Origin: an uncultured Ignavibacterium sp.
GTDB taxonomy: Bacteria; Bacteroidota; Ignavibacteria; Ignavibacteriales; Ignavibacteriaceae
DNA: 64,000 nucleotides
Direction: 5' to 3'
Assembly (NCBI GenBank): GCA_964436775.1
Contig: CAYTEN010000001.1
Location: 27,261-91,260, forward strand
Shown: piece after piece, positions 39,601 through 46,911 of the stretch
How the letters are laid out: every line of letters begins with the position of its first letter
How positions within the stretch are numbered: the stretch's first letter is position 1
Notes under the pieces: model-generated
Seen by the model: only the letters and a program-made list of their open reading frames with translations
Databases searched by the model: none
Told to the model about the DNA's origin: nothing
Made by a program: the position numbers and the translations under genes

Positions 39601-39672
39601 GCAAGAATTGAAGCGATTGGAATCAGTGGAAAATCAGAATCTGTTATAATTAAAATTGCTGTGGTGAAATAA
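36652..39672 (+). CDS. M6 (immune inhibitor A)-like domain protein with degenerate active site, beta-propeller-like repeats and T9SS C-terminal domain
   Basis: 'IKILAVMVNFQEDRDG' and 'SHLGLPDLFDT...GLMDG...PSAWEKIYLGW' resemble M6 peptidases. No HExxH occurs anywhere in the ORF. C-terminal 'YNYPNPVYNGQTAIRYYV...GVYLARIEA...IKIAVVK' is a Por_Secre_tail. Confidence 0.6.
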   Translation: MNKVLLSIAVCIITLGSLSAQSFVGKINPFPNQSVQAATDDTIKILAVMVNFQEDRDGATFGNGKFGSIYSKDYSNDILDPLPHNKEYFESHLTFVKNYYQNVSEGKVHLSFTVLPDTFSVSKTMRNFAPDINSSDFTTLGQFAQEVWTKADQMNPGFKFSDYNVFLIFHAGVGRDISLPGSLGNERDLPSVYISENSLKNIFGQSFDGFPVSNGSFKIKNSMVIPETESRELDGISGKVLFEITINGLLVASVASHLGLPDLFDTATGLSAIGRFGLMDGQAIFAYNGCFPPEPSAWEKIYLGWAEPVTVNPGNYDIDLVTKLAATVSDTVILKVPLNSSEYYLIENRQRDALKDGAKVTIKSNGNNFTKTFLNDTTGFYSYNTDSLSGVIEDVDEYDWALPGNGIVIWHIDQNVIDEKIADNKINTNKTRRGVDVEEADGVQDIGETFTTIFGDQVVGEGTAQDFWYANNKAKLYKNRFDKDTRPNTNTNTGANSLISFNNFSSISNKMSFKLEYGDSVIKPIFAKEINFQYPVYNLSKGSNPNKNQFCFLVGTDLIIFEDDTKIDSIPEFSSFKISSVYFNNTTYYVGTLENKLNVFMDNGTQQYLSRFSLNTVIDAPPLIVKDPIDNYKILIATDDQKIISYSLGSLPSNNPDTLRIQTFPTDVRFSKVASDGNEVVAIGSNLINLYNPYSLIVADGFEYKLNNERFIDLALSKDAENKSIYVALTADNNFYIFVDKKLYSTFSLPSSVPIISFSLVDLKQDGNNYIVFTDGKKLEARNLTGASAINFPKSDPQGNNFVGTPLAMDFEGGNNAEIISYTKDGRIFAFDGNTGKIVNGFPISVGNNIDVIPVLFNSNNKSSLAVIDSKKYFSTWNIGSTVGTLFWAEENDDNQNTSFVTAAKNSNFINQFFPTSRAYNYPNPVYNGQTAIRYYVDEDSKINIKIFDLAGGLVAELNNEARGGYDNETIWKVSDIQSGVYLARIEAIGISGKSESVIIKIAVVK

Positions 39673-39694
39673 TCTCCGTTTACAACTCACAACT

Positions 39695-42124
39695 TTGACC
39701 TTATACTCTATGAAATTCTTTTTAATAATATCATTTCTCTTATTTTTCGTCACCAATAGTTTTGCCCAGTTTACAGACTTTCATCCTGAACTCGAGTGGT
39801 ACACAATAAAAGGTAAACATGCTGATATTCATTTTCACGATGAGGCAGAAAGAACAGCTCAGGTTGTAGCAAAAATTGTAGATGAAGTATGGGATCCAAT
39901 TTGTTCGCTCTACGGCTATGAACCTGATAGAGTTCATTTTATAATAAAAGATATTGATGACTACTCAAACGGTGCCACCTATTTTTTTGATAACAAAATT
40001 GAGATTTGGACATGTGCATTAGATTTTGATTTACGTGGAGCACATAATTGGCTAAGAAATGTTATCTCCCACGAGTTTACACATATGGTTCAAATCCAGT
40101 CCGCTATGAAAGCGTCCAGAAGTGTTCCCGCATTATTTTTACAAGTGCTTACTTATGAGGATAAAAGAAGGCCGGATATTCTTTATGGATTCCCAAATGT
40201 TGTAGTGTCATATCCTTTAGCAATGATTAACGTGCCTGCCTGGTTTGCTGAAGGAACCGCACAATATATGAGAAAGGAATTTAATTATGATAACTGGGAT
40301 TCGCATCGTGATATGATTTTGCGTTCTTATGCATTAGATAATAATATGCTTACGTGGAATGAAATGGGTGTATTTGGTAAAACAAGTTTGGGCAATGAAT
40401 CAGTATATAATTCGGGTTTTGCTTTAACAAGTTATATCTCACAAAAATATGGTGAAGATAAGCTAAGAGATATAACTAAAGCTTTAGGAAATTTTGGAAA
40501 TTTTACTATTGATGCAGCTTTTAAAGATGTAATAGGTAAGAATGGAAACGAGATTTACGATGAGTGGAGCAGCTTCTTAAAAAATGATTACCGTAAACGT
40601 AGTCAAAAAGTATTATCAAATTTAGTTACCGGCGAACAGATTGCTAAAGAAGGGTTTGGAAATTTCTATCCGATCTTTTCTAAAGATGGTAAAAAAGTTT
40701 ATTACATCTCAAATAAATCATCAGATTACTTTGCACCTTCAGGAATATATGAATACGATCTAATATCTAAAACTGAAAAAAATATTGTTAGCGGTGTCAG
40801 ATCAACATTTTCTTTTACTCCAGATGGAAATAAAATAATTTATGCCAAAATCACCGAAGATAATCCTGAATGGTACAATGTTCATGATTTATTTGTTCAT
40901 GATTTAACTTCTGAAAAGGAAACCAGGTTAACAGAAGATCTTCGGGCAAATCAACCATCAATTTCGAATGACGGAAAGCACATTGTTTTCATTTATCAAA
41001 AGGACGGTACTACCAATCTTGGCTCAGTAGATGTGGATGGGAAAAACTTTAAACGATTGACATTTTTTGAAAATGGGGAACAGGTTTATAATCCAAAATT
41101 CTCTCCGGATGATTCTTACATTGTATTTGATTATTCTTATGCAAATACTCGAGATATTGCAAAGGTTAATTCAACCGGAGGAAATGTAGAATTTATAATT
41201 GCTTCTGGTCATGATACTAGAAATCCCACCTTCGATAAAAATGGTAAACTAATTTATTCATCTGATGAAACCGGTATTTTCAATCTATACGCTATGGATC
41301 TTCATACAAAAAATATAAGACAGTTAACCAATGTTCTTGGTGGTGCTTTTATGGCAAACGCATCGGATGATGGCGATATAGTTTATTCAGGTTATACTTC
41401 TGCCGGATATAAGATCTTCAATATCGATTTGGATGAACAAAAGAATATAATTAAAGGGGATGATTATGTTAAGTTAAAAAATCCGCCTTTGAATATTGAC
41501 AAACCTTTAGGCGATATTAATAATTTTAATATTGTTTCATTAAAAAATTATGATGATAAAAATTTAACTGATCTGCCAAAAGAGAAATATACTGGTGCAT
41601 TTTCTCGTTTAACATTTTTTCCATTCTTACGTTTTGATAATTACAATACAGGAAATAGCTTATTAGAAAAATTTAAGCCAGGTCTATTAGTTGCCTCAAG
41701 TGATATGCTTAACAGATATGCAATATTTGCCGGTGGTTCCATCAATACAAGATTAGAAAGAGATTTGTTTTTAATTTTTGATTATAAAAATAAACTTCCG
41801 TTGTTAACATCAATCGGATTAAGACCAGAATTATCATTAGAGCTTTACAGTATTAGCCGAAAAGCAGATGTCGATGTTTCCTTTGGTGCTGATACTACTG
41901 GTGGAACTGTTAATTATGATTTTATTATTCCAACTAGTGTTACTTATGATTTGTTTGAATTTGATTTCATTGTCCGCCATAGATTATTCTCTCGAGATCA
42001 AAATTTACAGTTAAAATTTACTTTCAGTACTTATACAGCAACTCTTGGCAGCTTTATTCTACCTGATGTGCAGAATACTCTATATCCAACTACTAAGGAT
42101 AATTATTTTAGGAAGAAATCTTGA
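39695..42124 (+). CDS. HExxH peptidase-like domain + TolB/PD40-type beta-propeller protein (5' part of a frame-broken gene)
   Basis: Signal peptide from the ATG at 39710 ('MKFFLIISFLLFFVTNSFAQ'). 'VISHEFTHMVQ' gives HExxH at 40070..40084. PD40-like repeats 'FTPDGNKIIYA', 'SISNDGKHIVFIY', 'FSPDDSYIVFDY', 'PTFDKNGKLIYSS'. Ends at a TGA shortly after the frame break. Confidence 0.7.
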   Translation: MTLYSMKFFLIISFLLFFVTNSFAQFTDFHPELEWYTIKGKHADIHFHDEAERTAQVVAKIVDEVWDPICSLYGYEPDRVHFIIKDIDDYSNGATYFFDNKIEIWTCALDFDLRGAHNWLRNVISHEFTHMVQIQSAMKASRSVPALFLQVLTYEDKRRPDILYGFPNVVVSYPLAMINVPAWFAEGTAQYMRKEFNYDNWDSHRDMILRSYALDNNMLTWNEMGVFGKTSLGNESVYNSGFALTSYISQKYGEDKLRDITKALGNFGNFTIDAAFKDVIGKNGNEIYDEWSSFLKNDYRKRSQKVLSNLVTGEQIAKEGFGNFYPIFSKDGKKVYYISNKSSDYFAPSGIYEYDLISKTEKNIVSGVRSTFSFTPDGNKIIYAKITEDNPEWYNVHDLFVHDLTSEKETRLTEDLRANQPSISNDGKHIVFIYQKDGTTNLGSVDVDGKNFKRLTFFENGEQVYNPKFSPDDSYIVFDYSYANTRDIAKVNSTGGNVEFIIASGHDTRNPTFDKNGKLIYSSDETGIFNLYAMDLHTKNIRQLTNVLGGAFMANASDDGDIVYSGYTSAGYKIFNIDLDEQKNIIKGDDYVKLKNPPLNIDKPLGDINNFNIVSLKNYDDKNLTDLPKEKYTGAFSRLTFFPFLRFDNYNTGNSLLEKFKPGLLVASSDMLNRYAIFAGGSINTRLERDLFLIFDYKNKLPLLTSIGLRPELSLELYSISRKADVDVSFGADTTGGTVNYDFIIPTSVTYDLFEFDFIVRHRLFSRDQNLQLKFTFSTYTATLGSFILPDVQNTLYPTTKDNYFRKKS

Positions 42125-42830
42125 AGCAAGATATACATGGAAAGCCATTTTACCATCGAAGGATGCTGAAATAAATCCTGTTGGATTCTCAATTGATCTC
42201 GCATACAATTATGAGTTTAATAAATTTAACGATAAAGGTGAGTACACAATAGAAGATGGGATTCTTAAACCACGTTACTCAAATTATAATTTTCACCGGG
42301 TAGAATTAAAAACAGGATTGTATTTACCTGTTTTTGACTCTCACACAATTAATACCTCTTTAAGAGTTGGTTCAATACTTGGGCCACAACAACCTGATTT
42401 TTTTGATTTTTACTTGGGCGGATTAATTGGAATGAAAGCTTATCCCTTTTATGCTATCAGCGGAAATGAAATTGCATGGTTAGACTTTACATACCGTTTC
42501 CCGCTCTTCAGAGATATTGATGCAAAGATTGGGCATCTTTATTTAGATAAAATATTTCTTTCTTTTAATGGAGATATCGGCAACGCCTGGACTGGAAATT
42601 TATCTTCTGCCGGAAAATTTAAAAAAGGTGTGGGAGCAGAATTAAGATTGCAGTTAAATTCTTATTATCTATTTCCCACAAGTATTTTCTTTAATGCATC
42701 TTATGGGTTTGATGAATTTTCTAGAGTTATTAATAATCAAACCATAAAGTATGGCAAAGAATGGAATTTTTATGGTGGTGTTTTATTCGGGTTTGATATC
42801 TTAAATTTTAATAAACCGTTCAGACAGTGA
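42045..42830 (+). CDS. Omp85/surface-antigen-like beta-barrel segment (3' part of the same frame-broken gene)
   Basis: No signal peptide of its own, and the listed start is a TTG. 'YLGGLIGMKAYPFYAISGNEIAWLDFTYRFPLF' and 'GVGAELRL...FFNASYGF' resemble Bac_surface_Ag barrels. The reading frame continues the upstream ORF after a +1 shift near 42106..42112. Confidence 0.6.
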   Translation: MAALFYLMCRILYIQLLRIIILGRNLEARYTWKAILPSKDAEINPVGFSIDLAYNYEFNKFNDKGEYTIEDGILKPRYSNYNFHRVELKTGLYLPVFDSHTINTSLRVGSILGPQQPDFFDFYLGGLIGMKAYPFYAISGNEIAWLDFTYRFPLFRDIDAKIGHLYLDKIFLSFNGDIGNAWTGNLSSAGKFKKGVGAELRLQLNSYYLFPTSIFFNASYGFDEFSRVINNQTIKYGKEWNFYGGVLFGFDILNFNKPFRQ

Positions 42831-42844
42831 TAGAAAGAATTGAG

Positions 42845-43705
42845 ATGAAAAATATTTTTTTGATTTTTATTATCTTTACCGCATTTACTTTTGCACAGCA
42901 AAAAAGTGATGCAAATTTATTCACAGGTAATTTATCTGTCGATGCGAAGACCATCTTAGACAATTATAAAGAACACTTAACTCCCCAAATGACAATTATA
43001 AATAGCAATAAAAAATCGCCCTTGTTGGCGGGAATTTTTTCTTTGCTGATACCCGGCGCTGGTGAACTTTATACTGGAGAATATTTGAAAGCGGGGATAT
43101 TTGTTGCTTTAGAGGCAGCAGTTGTTGGGACTGCAATTGTTTATGATAATAAAGGTAATAAAAAAACAAATGAGTTTCAGGATTATGCCGACGCTTATAA
43201 GAATCCTGAGCACAATTGGAGTGTAGTGAGATATGCTGAATGGCTTGTTCTATACGAAGGAGCCGATCGAAATAAAATAATAATAAGTGAAGACCCAAAT
43301 ATACCACCTTGGGAAAGAGTAAACTGGAAAGAATTAAATTCTGCTGAAACAGGTTCACATCACTTACCACCCCATGGTGAGCAACAATATTATGAACTGA
43401 TTGGAAAATATCATCAATATTCTTCTGGCTGGAATGACTTTATTGGTGGCGGTAATAAAGAAATAATATCACCGAATTATCATTTTTATTCACAAATGAG
43501 AGGAGATGCAAATAGTTTTTATTCTGTTGCATCAACAGCTGTAATTGGTATTTATGTTAATCACTTTTTAAGTGTGCTGGATGCAGTTTGGTCATCTATT
43601 CAATACAATAAAGACATTACTGTTAATGTAAGATTAGAAAATATCCAGGTTACAGAATATCGATCTGAATTTTATCCGGTTATGCACATTACCTACAATT
43701 TTTAG
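42845..43705 (+). CDS. Secreted/membrane protein of unknown function (DUF5683-like N-terminal motif)
   Basis: Signal peptide 'MKNIFLIFIIFTAFTFAQQ'. 'SPLLAGIFSLLIPGAGELYTGEYLKAGIF' resembles the DUF5683 motif. The listed GTG start at 42827 overlaps the previous stop. Confidence 0.45.
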   Translation: MKNIFLIFIIFTAFTFAQQKSDANLFTGNLSVDAKTILDNYKEHLTPQMTIINSNKKSPLLAGIFSLLIPGAGELYTGEYLKAGIFVALEAAVVGTAIVYDNKGNKKTNEFQDYADAYKNPEHNWSVVRYAEWLVLYEGADRNKIIISEDPNIPPWERVNWKELNSAETGSHHLPPHGEQQYYELIGKYHQYSSGWNDFIGGGNKEIISPNYHFYSQMRGDANSFYSVASTAVIGIYVNHFLSVLDAVWSSIQYNKDITVNVRLENIQVTEYRSEFYPVMHITYNF

Positions 43706-43848
43706 CTTGTTTAACAACTGATATTATGAAATATCTCAATGGAATAAATTGAGAGATGTGTTTGTTAAATAACTTGATGATTGTTAATAGATTAAATCTT
43801 AATAATTGAACTTTTCATTCCCACTTCATTATTTTATATTTTTTAACT

Positions 43849-45159
43849 ATGAAATTACCTTTAGTTGCAATAGTAGGCAGGCCCAACGTAGGAAAATCTA
43901 CACTTTTTAACAGATTGTTAGGGAAAAGGGAAGCCATAGTTGATGATAAAAGCGGTGTAACACGCGATAGAAATTACGGCGAGTGTGAATGGAACGGAAA
44001 AATGTTCAGATTGATAGATACCGGTGGCTTTGTTCCTGAATCAACTGATCAATTTGAATCTGCGATTCGTGAACAAGTTGAAGTAGCTGTTAATGAGGCT
44101 GATGCAATTATTTTTCTTGTTGATTTAAAGGCTGGCGTAAATCCAATCGATAACGTTATTATTAACATGCTCAGGCAATCCAATAAAAAATATTATTTAG
44201 TTGTTAATAAAGTAGATGCCGAAGTGCATGTTGCTGCTGCATCTGATTTTTATTCTTTGGGTGTTGACACGATCTATGATATTTCTGCAGTAAGCGGGAG
44301 ACACACAGGAGATTTGCTAGACGGAATCACCCAAGATTTTCCAACAATGGATTTGATTGAAGAAGATAAACGATTAAAGATTGCAATTGTTGGAAGACCG
44401 AATGTCGGTAAATCATCTTTAACCAATGCTCTGTTAGGGAGTACACGAAGTATTGTCACAGATATTCCAGGAACAACACGTGATAGTCTCGACTCAGTAT
44501 TGAAATATTATAGTGAAGAAATTATCTTGATTGATACAGCAGGATTAAGGAAAAAGAAAAAAATTGAAGAGAGTATTGAATTTTTCTCAAACATCAGAAC
44601 ATATAAAGCTATTAGCGAAAGTGATGTAGCTGTTGTAATGATTGAAGCTAAAGTTGGATTTGAAAAACAAGATCAAAAAATTATTGATGAAGTTGTTAGA
44701 TGGAGGCGGGGTTTAATAATAGCAGTTAATAAATGGGATCTAGTGGAGAAAGAAACAAATACAGCTCGAGAATTTGAAAAAACAATTAAAGAAAAATTAG
44801 GTACAGTAGATTATGCCCCAATAATATTTATTTCTGCGTTAACAAAGCAAAGAATATTTAAACTGCTTGAACTTTGCCAAAAAATTCAGAGTGATAGAGT
44901 AAAAAAGATTCCTACGTCAGAACTAAATGATACTTTATTACCAGAGATTGAAAAAAATCCACCTCCCGCATCACCAACCGGAAAAGATGTGAGGATTAAA
45001 TTTATTTCTCAAGTGGGCGAACATTATCCTATATTTTTATTTTTTGCCAATTTCCCCAAATATATTCCGGACCATTACCGTAGATTTTTAGAAAGATTAA
45101 TTAGAAGAACTTATGGTTTCGAAGGTGTTCCGATCACAGTTAGTTTTAGGCAAAAATAA
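43849..45159 (+). CDS. der: Ribosome-associated GTPase Der (EngA)
   Basis: Two G domains ('GRPNVGKSTLFN', 'DTGG'; 'GRPNVGKSSLTN', 'DTAG', 'NKWD') plus a KH-like C-terminus. Confidence 0.95.
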   Translation: MKLPLVAIVGRPNVGKSTLFNRLLGKREAIVDDKSGVTRDRNYGECEWNGKMFRLIDTGGFVPESTDQFESAIREQVEVAVNEADAIIFLVDLKAGVNPIDNVIINMLRQSNKKYYLVVNKVDAEVHVAAASDFYSLGVDTIYDISAVSGRHTGDLLDGITQDFPTMDLIEEDKRLKIAIVGRPNVGKSSLTNALLGSTRSIVTDIPGTTRDSLDSVLKYYSEEIILIDTAGLRKKKKIEESIEFFSNIRTYKAISESDVAVVMIEAKVGFEKQDQKIIDEVVRWRRGLIIAVNKWDLVEKETNTAREFEKTIKEKLGTVDYAPIIFISALTKQRIFKLLELCQKIQSDRVKKIPTSELNDTLLPEIEKNPPPASPTGKDVRIKFISQVGEHYPIFLFFANFPKYIPDHYRRFLERLIRRTYGFEGVPITVSFRQK

Positions 45160-45173
45160 ACAGTAATAATATT

Positions 45174-45803
45174 ATGAATAAAAATTTTTTTCTCATAGAG
45201 CATCCCATAATTAAAAGGGATGTTACTATTTTGCGAGATGTTAATACCACTTCTGAAACATTTCGTGCAGCCTTACAGAGAGTATCAAACATTTTAGCCG
45301 TTGAGATATCAAAAAACTTTAAACTTTCAGCAATCAATGTTGAAACTCCGCTCGAAGAAACATCAGGATCAAAATTAACACACGATGTAATTCTCGTCCC
45401 TGTCTTAAGGGCTGGTCTTGGAATGGTGAACGGATTTCTGCAGATCATTCCAGAAGCAAAAGTGGGACATATAGGATTGCAACGAGATGAGGAAACACTG
45501 AAACCCATAGAATATTACTACAAAGTTCCCAAAAATTTGAAAATGGCTGAAGTAATTATGATTGATCCGATGCTTGCTACTGGCGGAAGCGCATCTGAAG
45601 CATTAAAGTATCTTAAACAAAGAGGTGCAACAAAATTAGTATTCGCTTGTCTTGTTGCTGCCCCTGAAGGAATAAAAAGAATTGAAAAGAATCATCCGGA
45701 TATCAAAATATTTGCAGCCGCTTTAGATCGTGAATTAAACAGCAAAGGTTATATTCTTCCCGGATTAGGAGACGCAGGTGATAGAACATTTGGTACACTT
45801 TAA
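45174..45803 (+). CDS. upp: Uracil phosphoribosyltransferase
   Basis: 'LVPVLRAGLGM', PRPP loop 'IMIDPMLATGGSA', and 'YILPGLGDAGDRTFGT'. Confidence 0.95.
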   Translation: MNKNFFLIEHPIIKRDVTILRDVNTTSETFRAALQRVSNILAVEISKNFKLSAINVETPLEETSGSKLTHDVILVPVLRAGLGMVNGFLQIIPEAKVGHIGLQRDEETLKPIEYYYKVPKNLKMAEVIMIDPMLATGGSASEALKYLKQRGATKLVFACLVAAPEGIKRIEKNHPDIKIFAAALDRELNSKGYILPGLGDAGDRTFGTL

Positions 45804-46818
45804 TTCTAAAAAAATATTTGTTTTTTTATCCCTCTTCGCCCTCACACAAATTTCTGCTCAAGTTTATCCGGATAAGTCAATTCATAATACTTTAAAGGCT
45901 GGTATTAAATTAATTGTTGAGCAAAAATATAATGATGCACAAAAATTATTTGATCAATTCGATAAATCAAGGAGTGATCTGCCACTAGGTAAAATCTATT
46001 TGGCTGCAACTCAAATTGCAAAATGCTTCGATTATCAAGAACCTTTTAATGATGAATTAATTACGCCTTATTTGGAAAGTGCTAAAAGTATTTCTGAATC
46101 GTTGTTAAATAAAGATGATAAAAATATTTGGTATAATTACTTTTTTGCTTTAACACAGGGTTATATTGCCTATTACGATGCTCTAAAGGAAGATTGGTTT
46201 TCGGCATTTTCAAATGGGTTAATTTCGGTTAGAGCTTTTGATTATTGCTTAGAGCTGGATCAAAATTTTTATGAATCTTTTATAGCAATTGGTAATTATA
46301 AATTTTGGCGAAGTAAAAAAACTGAATTCTTGAATTGGCTGCCATTTGTACCTGATGAAAAAGAACTTGGGATAGATTATCTTAAAAAAGCAATTAATCA
46401 ATCAGGATATAATTCACATCTTGCAATTCATTCACTAATTTGGATATACATTGAGCAAGAGGAATATTCTAAGGCAATCGAGATTGCAGATTCGGCGCTT
46501 AAAAGGAATCCTCAATCGAGACTTATCAAATGGGGATTAGCAAGAGCTTATGAAAATGTTGAGCCTGTAAAAGCGGTTGCACTATATGGAGAAATATTGC
46601 TCTCTTATCCAACTGACCTAATATTAAATAAAATAAATGAGGTTACACTTAAACATTTGATTGCTCAACAAGAGGCTAAATTAGGCAAAAAACAGCAAGC
46701 ACTTGATCTTTGTAACGAAATTCTTGGCATAAAAGGATATAATGACTTTGAACTTAATAAACTAAACAATAGACTTGGTAGGGTAAGGGATCTGAAAAAC
46801 GAACTGATGCTAAAATAA
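45778..46818 (+). CDS. Secreted helical (TPR-like) protein of unknown function
   Basis: Hydrophobic signal-like 'KKIFVFLSLFALTQISAQ' then helical repeats. The start codon is uncertain: the listed GTG overlaps the upp end. Confidence 0.5.
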   Translation: MIEHLVHFNSKKIFVFLSLFALTQISAQVYPDKSIHNTLKAGIKLIVEQKYNDAQKLFDQFDKSRSDLPLGKIYLAATQIAKCFDYQEPFNDELITPYLESAKSISESLLNKDDKNIWYNYFFALTQGYIAYYDALKEDWFSAFSNGLISVRAFDYCLELDQNFYESFIAIGNYKFWRSKKTEFLNWLPFVPDEKELGIDYLKKAINQSGYNSHLAIHSLIWIYIEQEEYSKAIEIADSALKRNPQSRLIKWGLARAYENVEPVKAVALYGEILLSYPTDLILNKINEVTLKHLIAQQEAKLGKKQQALDLCNEILGIKGYNDFELNKLNNRLGRVRDLKNELMLK

Positions 46819-46911
46819 TTTTTTCTAATTGACCCATCTCGCCCTTTAACAATTCATTAAAAAAAATTAAATTGATTCCGATTTATAAAACGTTGTATAG
46901 TATTTATCAAT

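Noticed and set aside
42996-43370. 124-aa minus-strand ORF
   Set aside because: It is antisense to the 42845..43705 gene, which has a signal peptide and sits in an operon context. Its composition is unconvincing.
45146-45508. 120-aa minus-strand ORF
   Set aside because: It is antisense to the unambiguous upp gene and the der end, and has no motifs. Shadow ORF.
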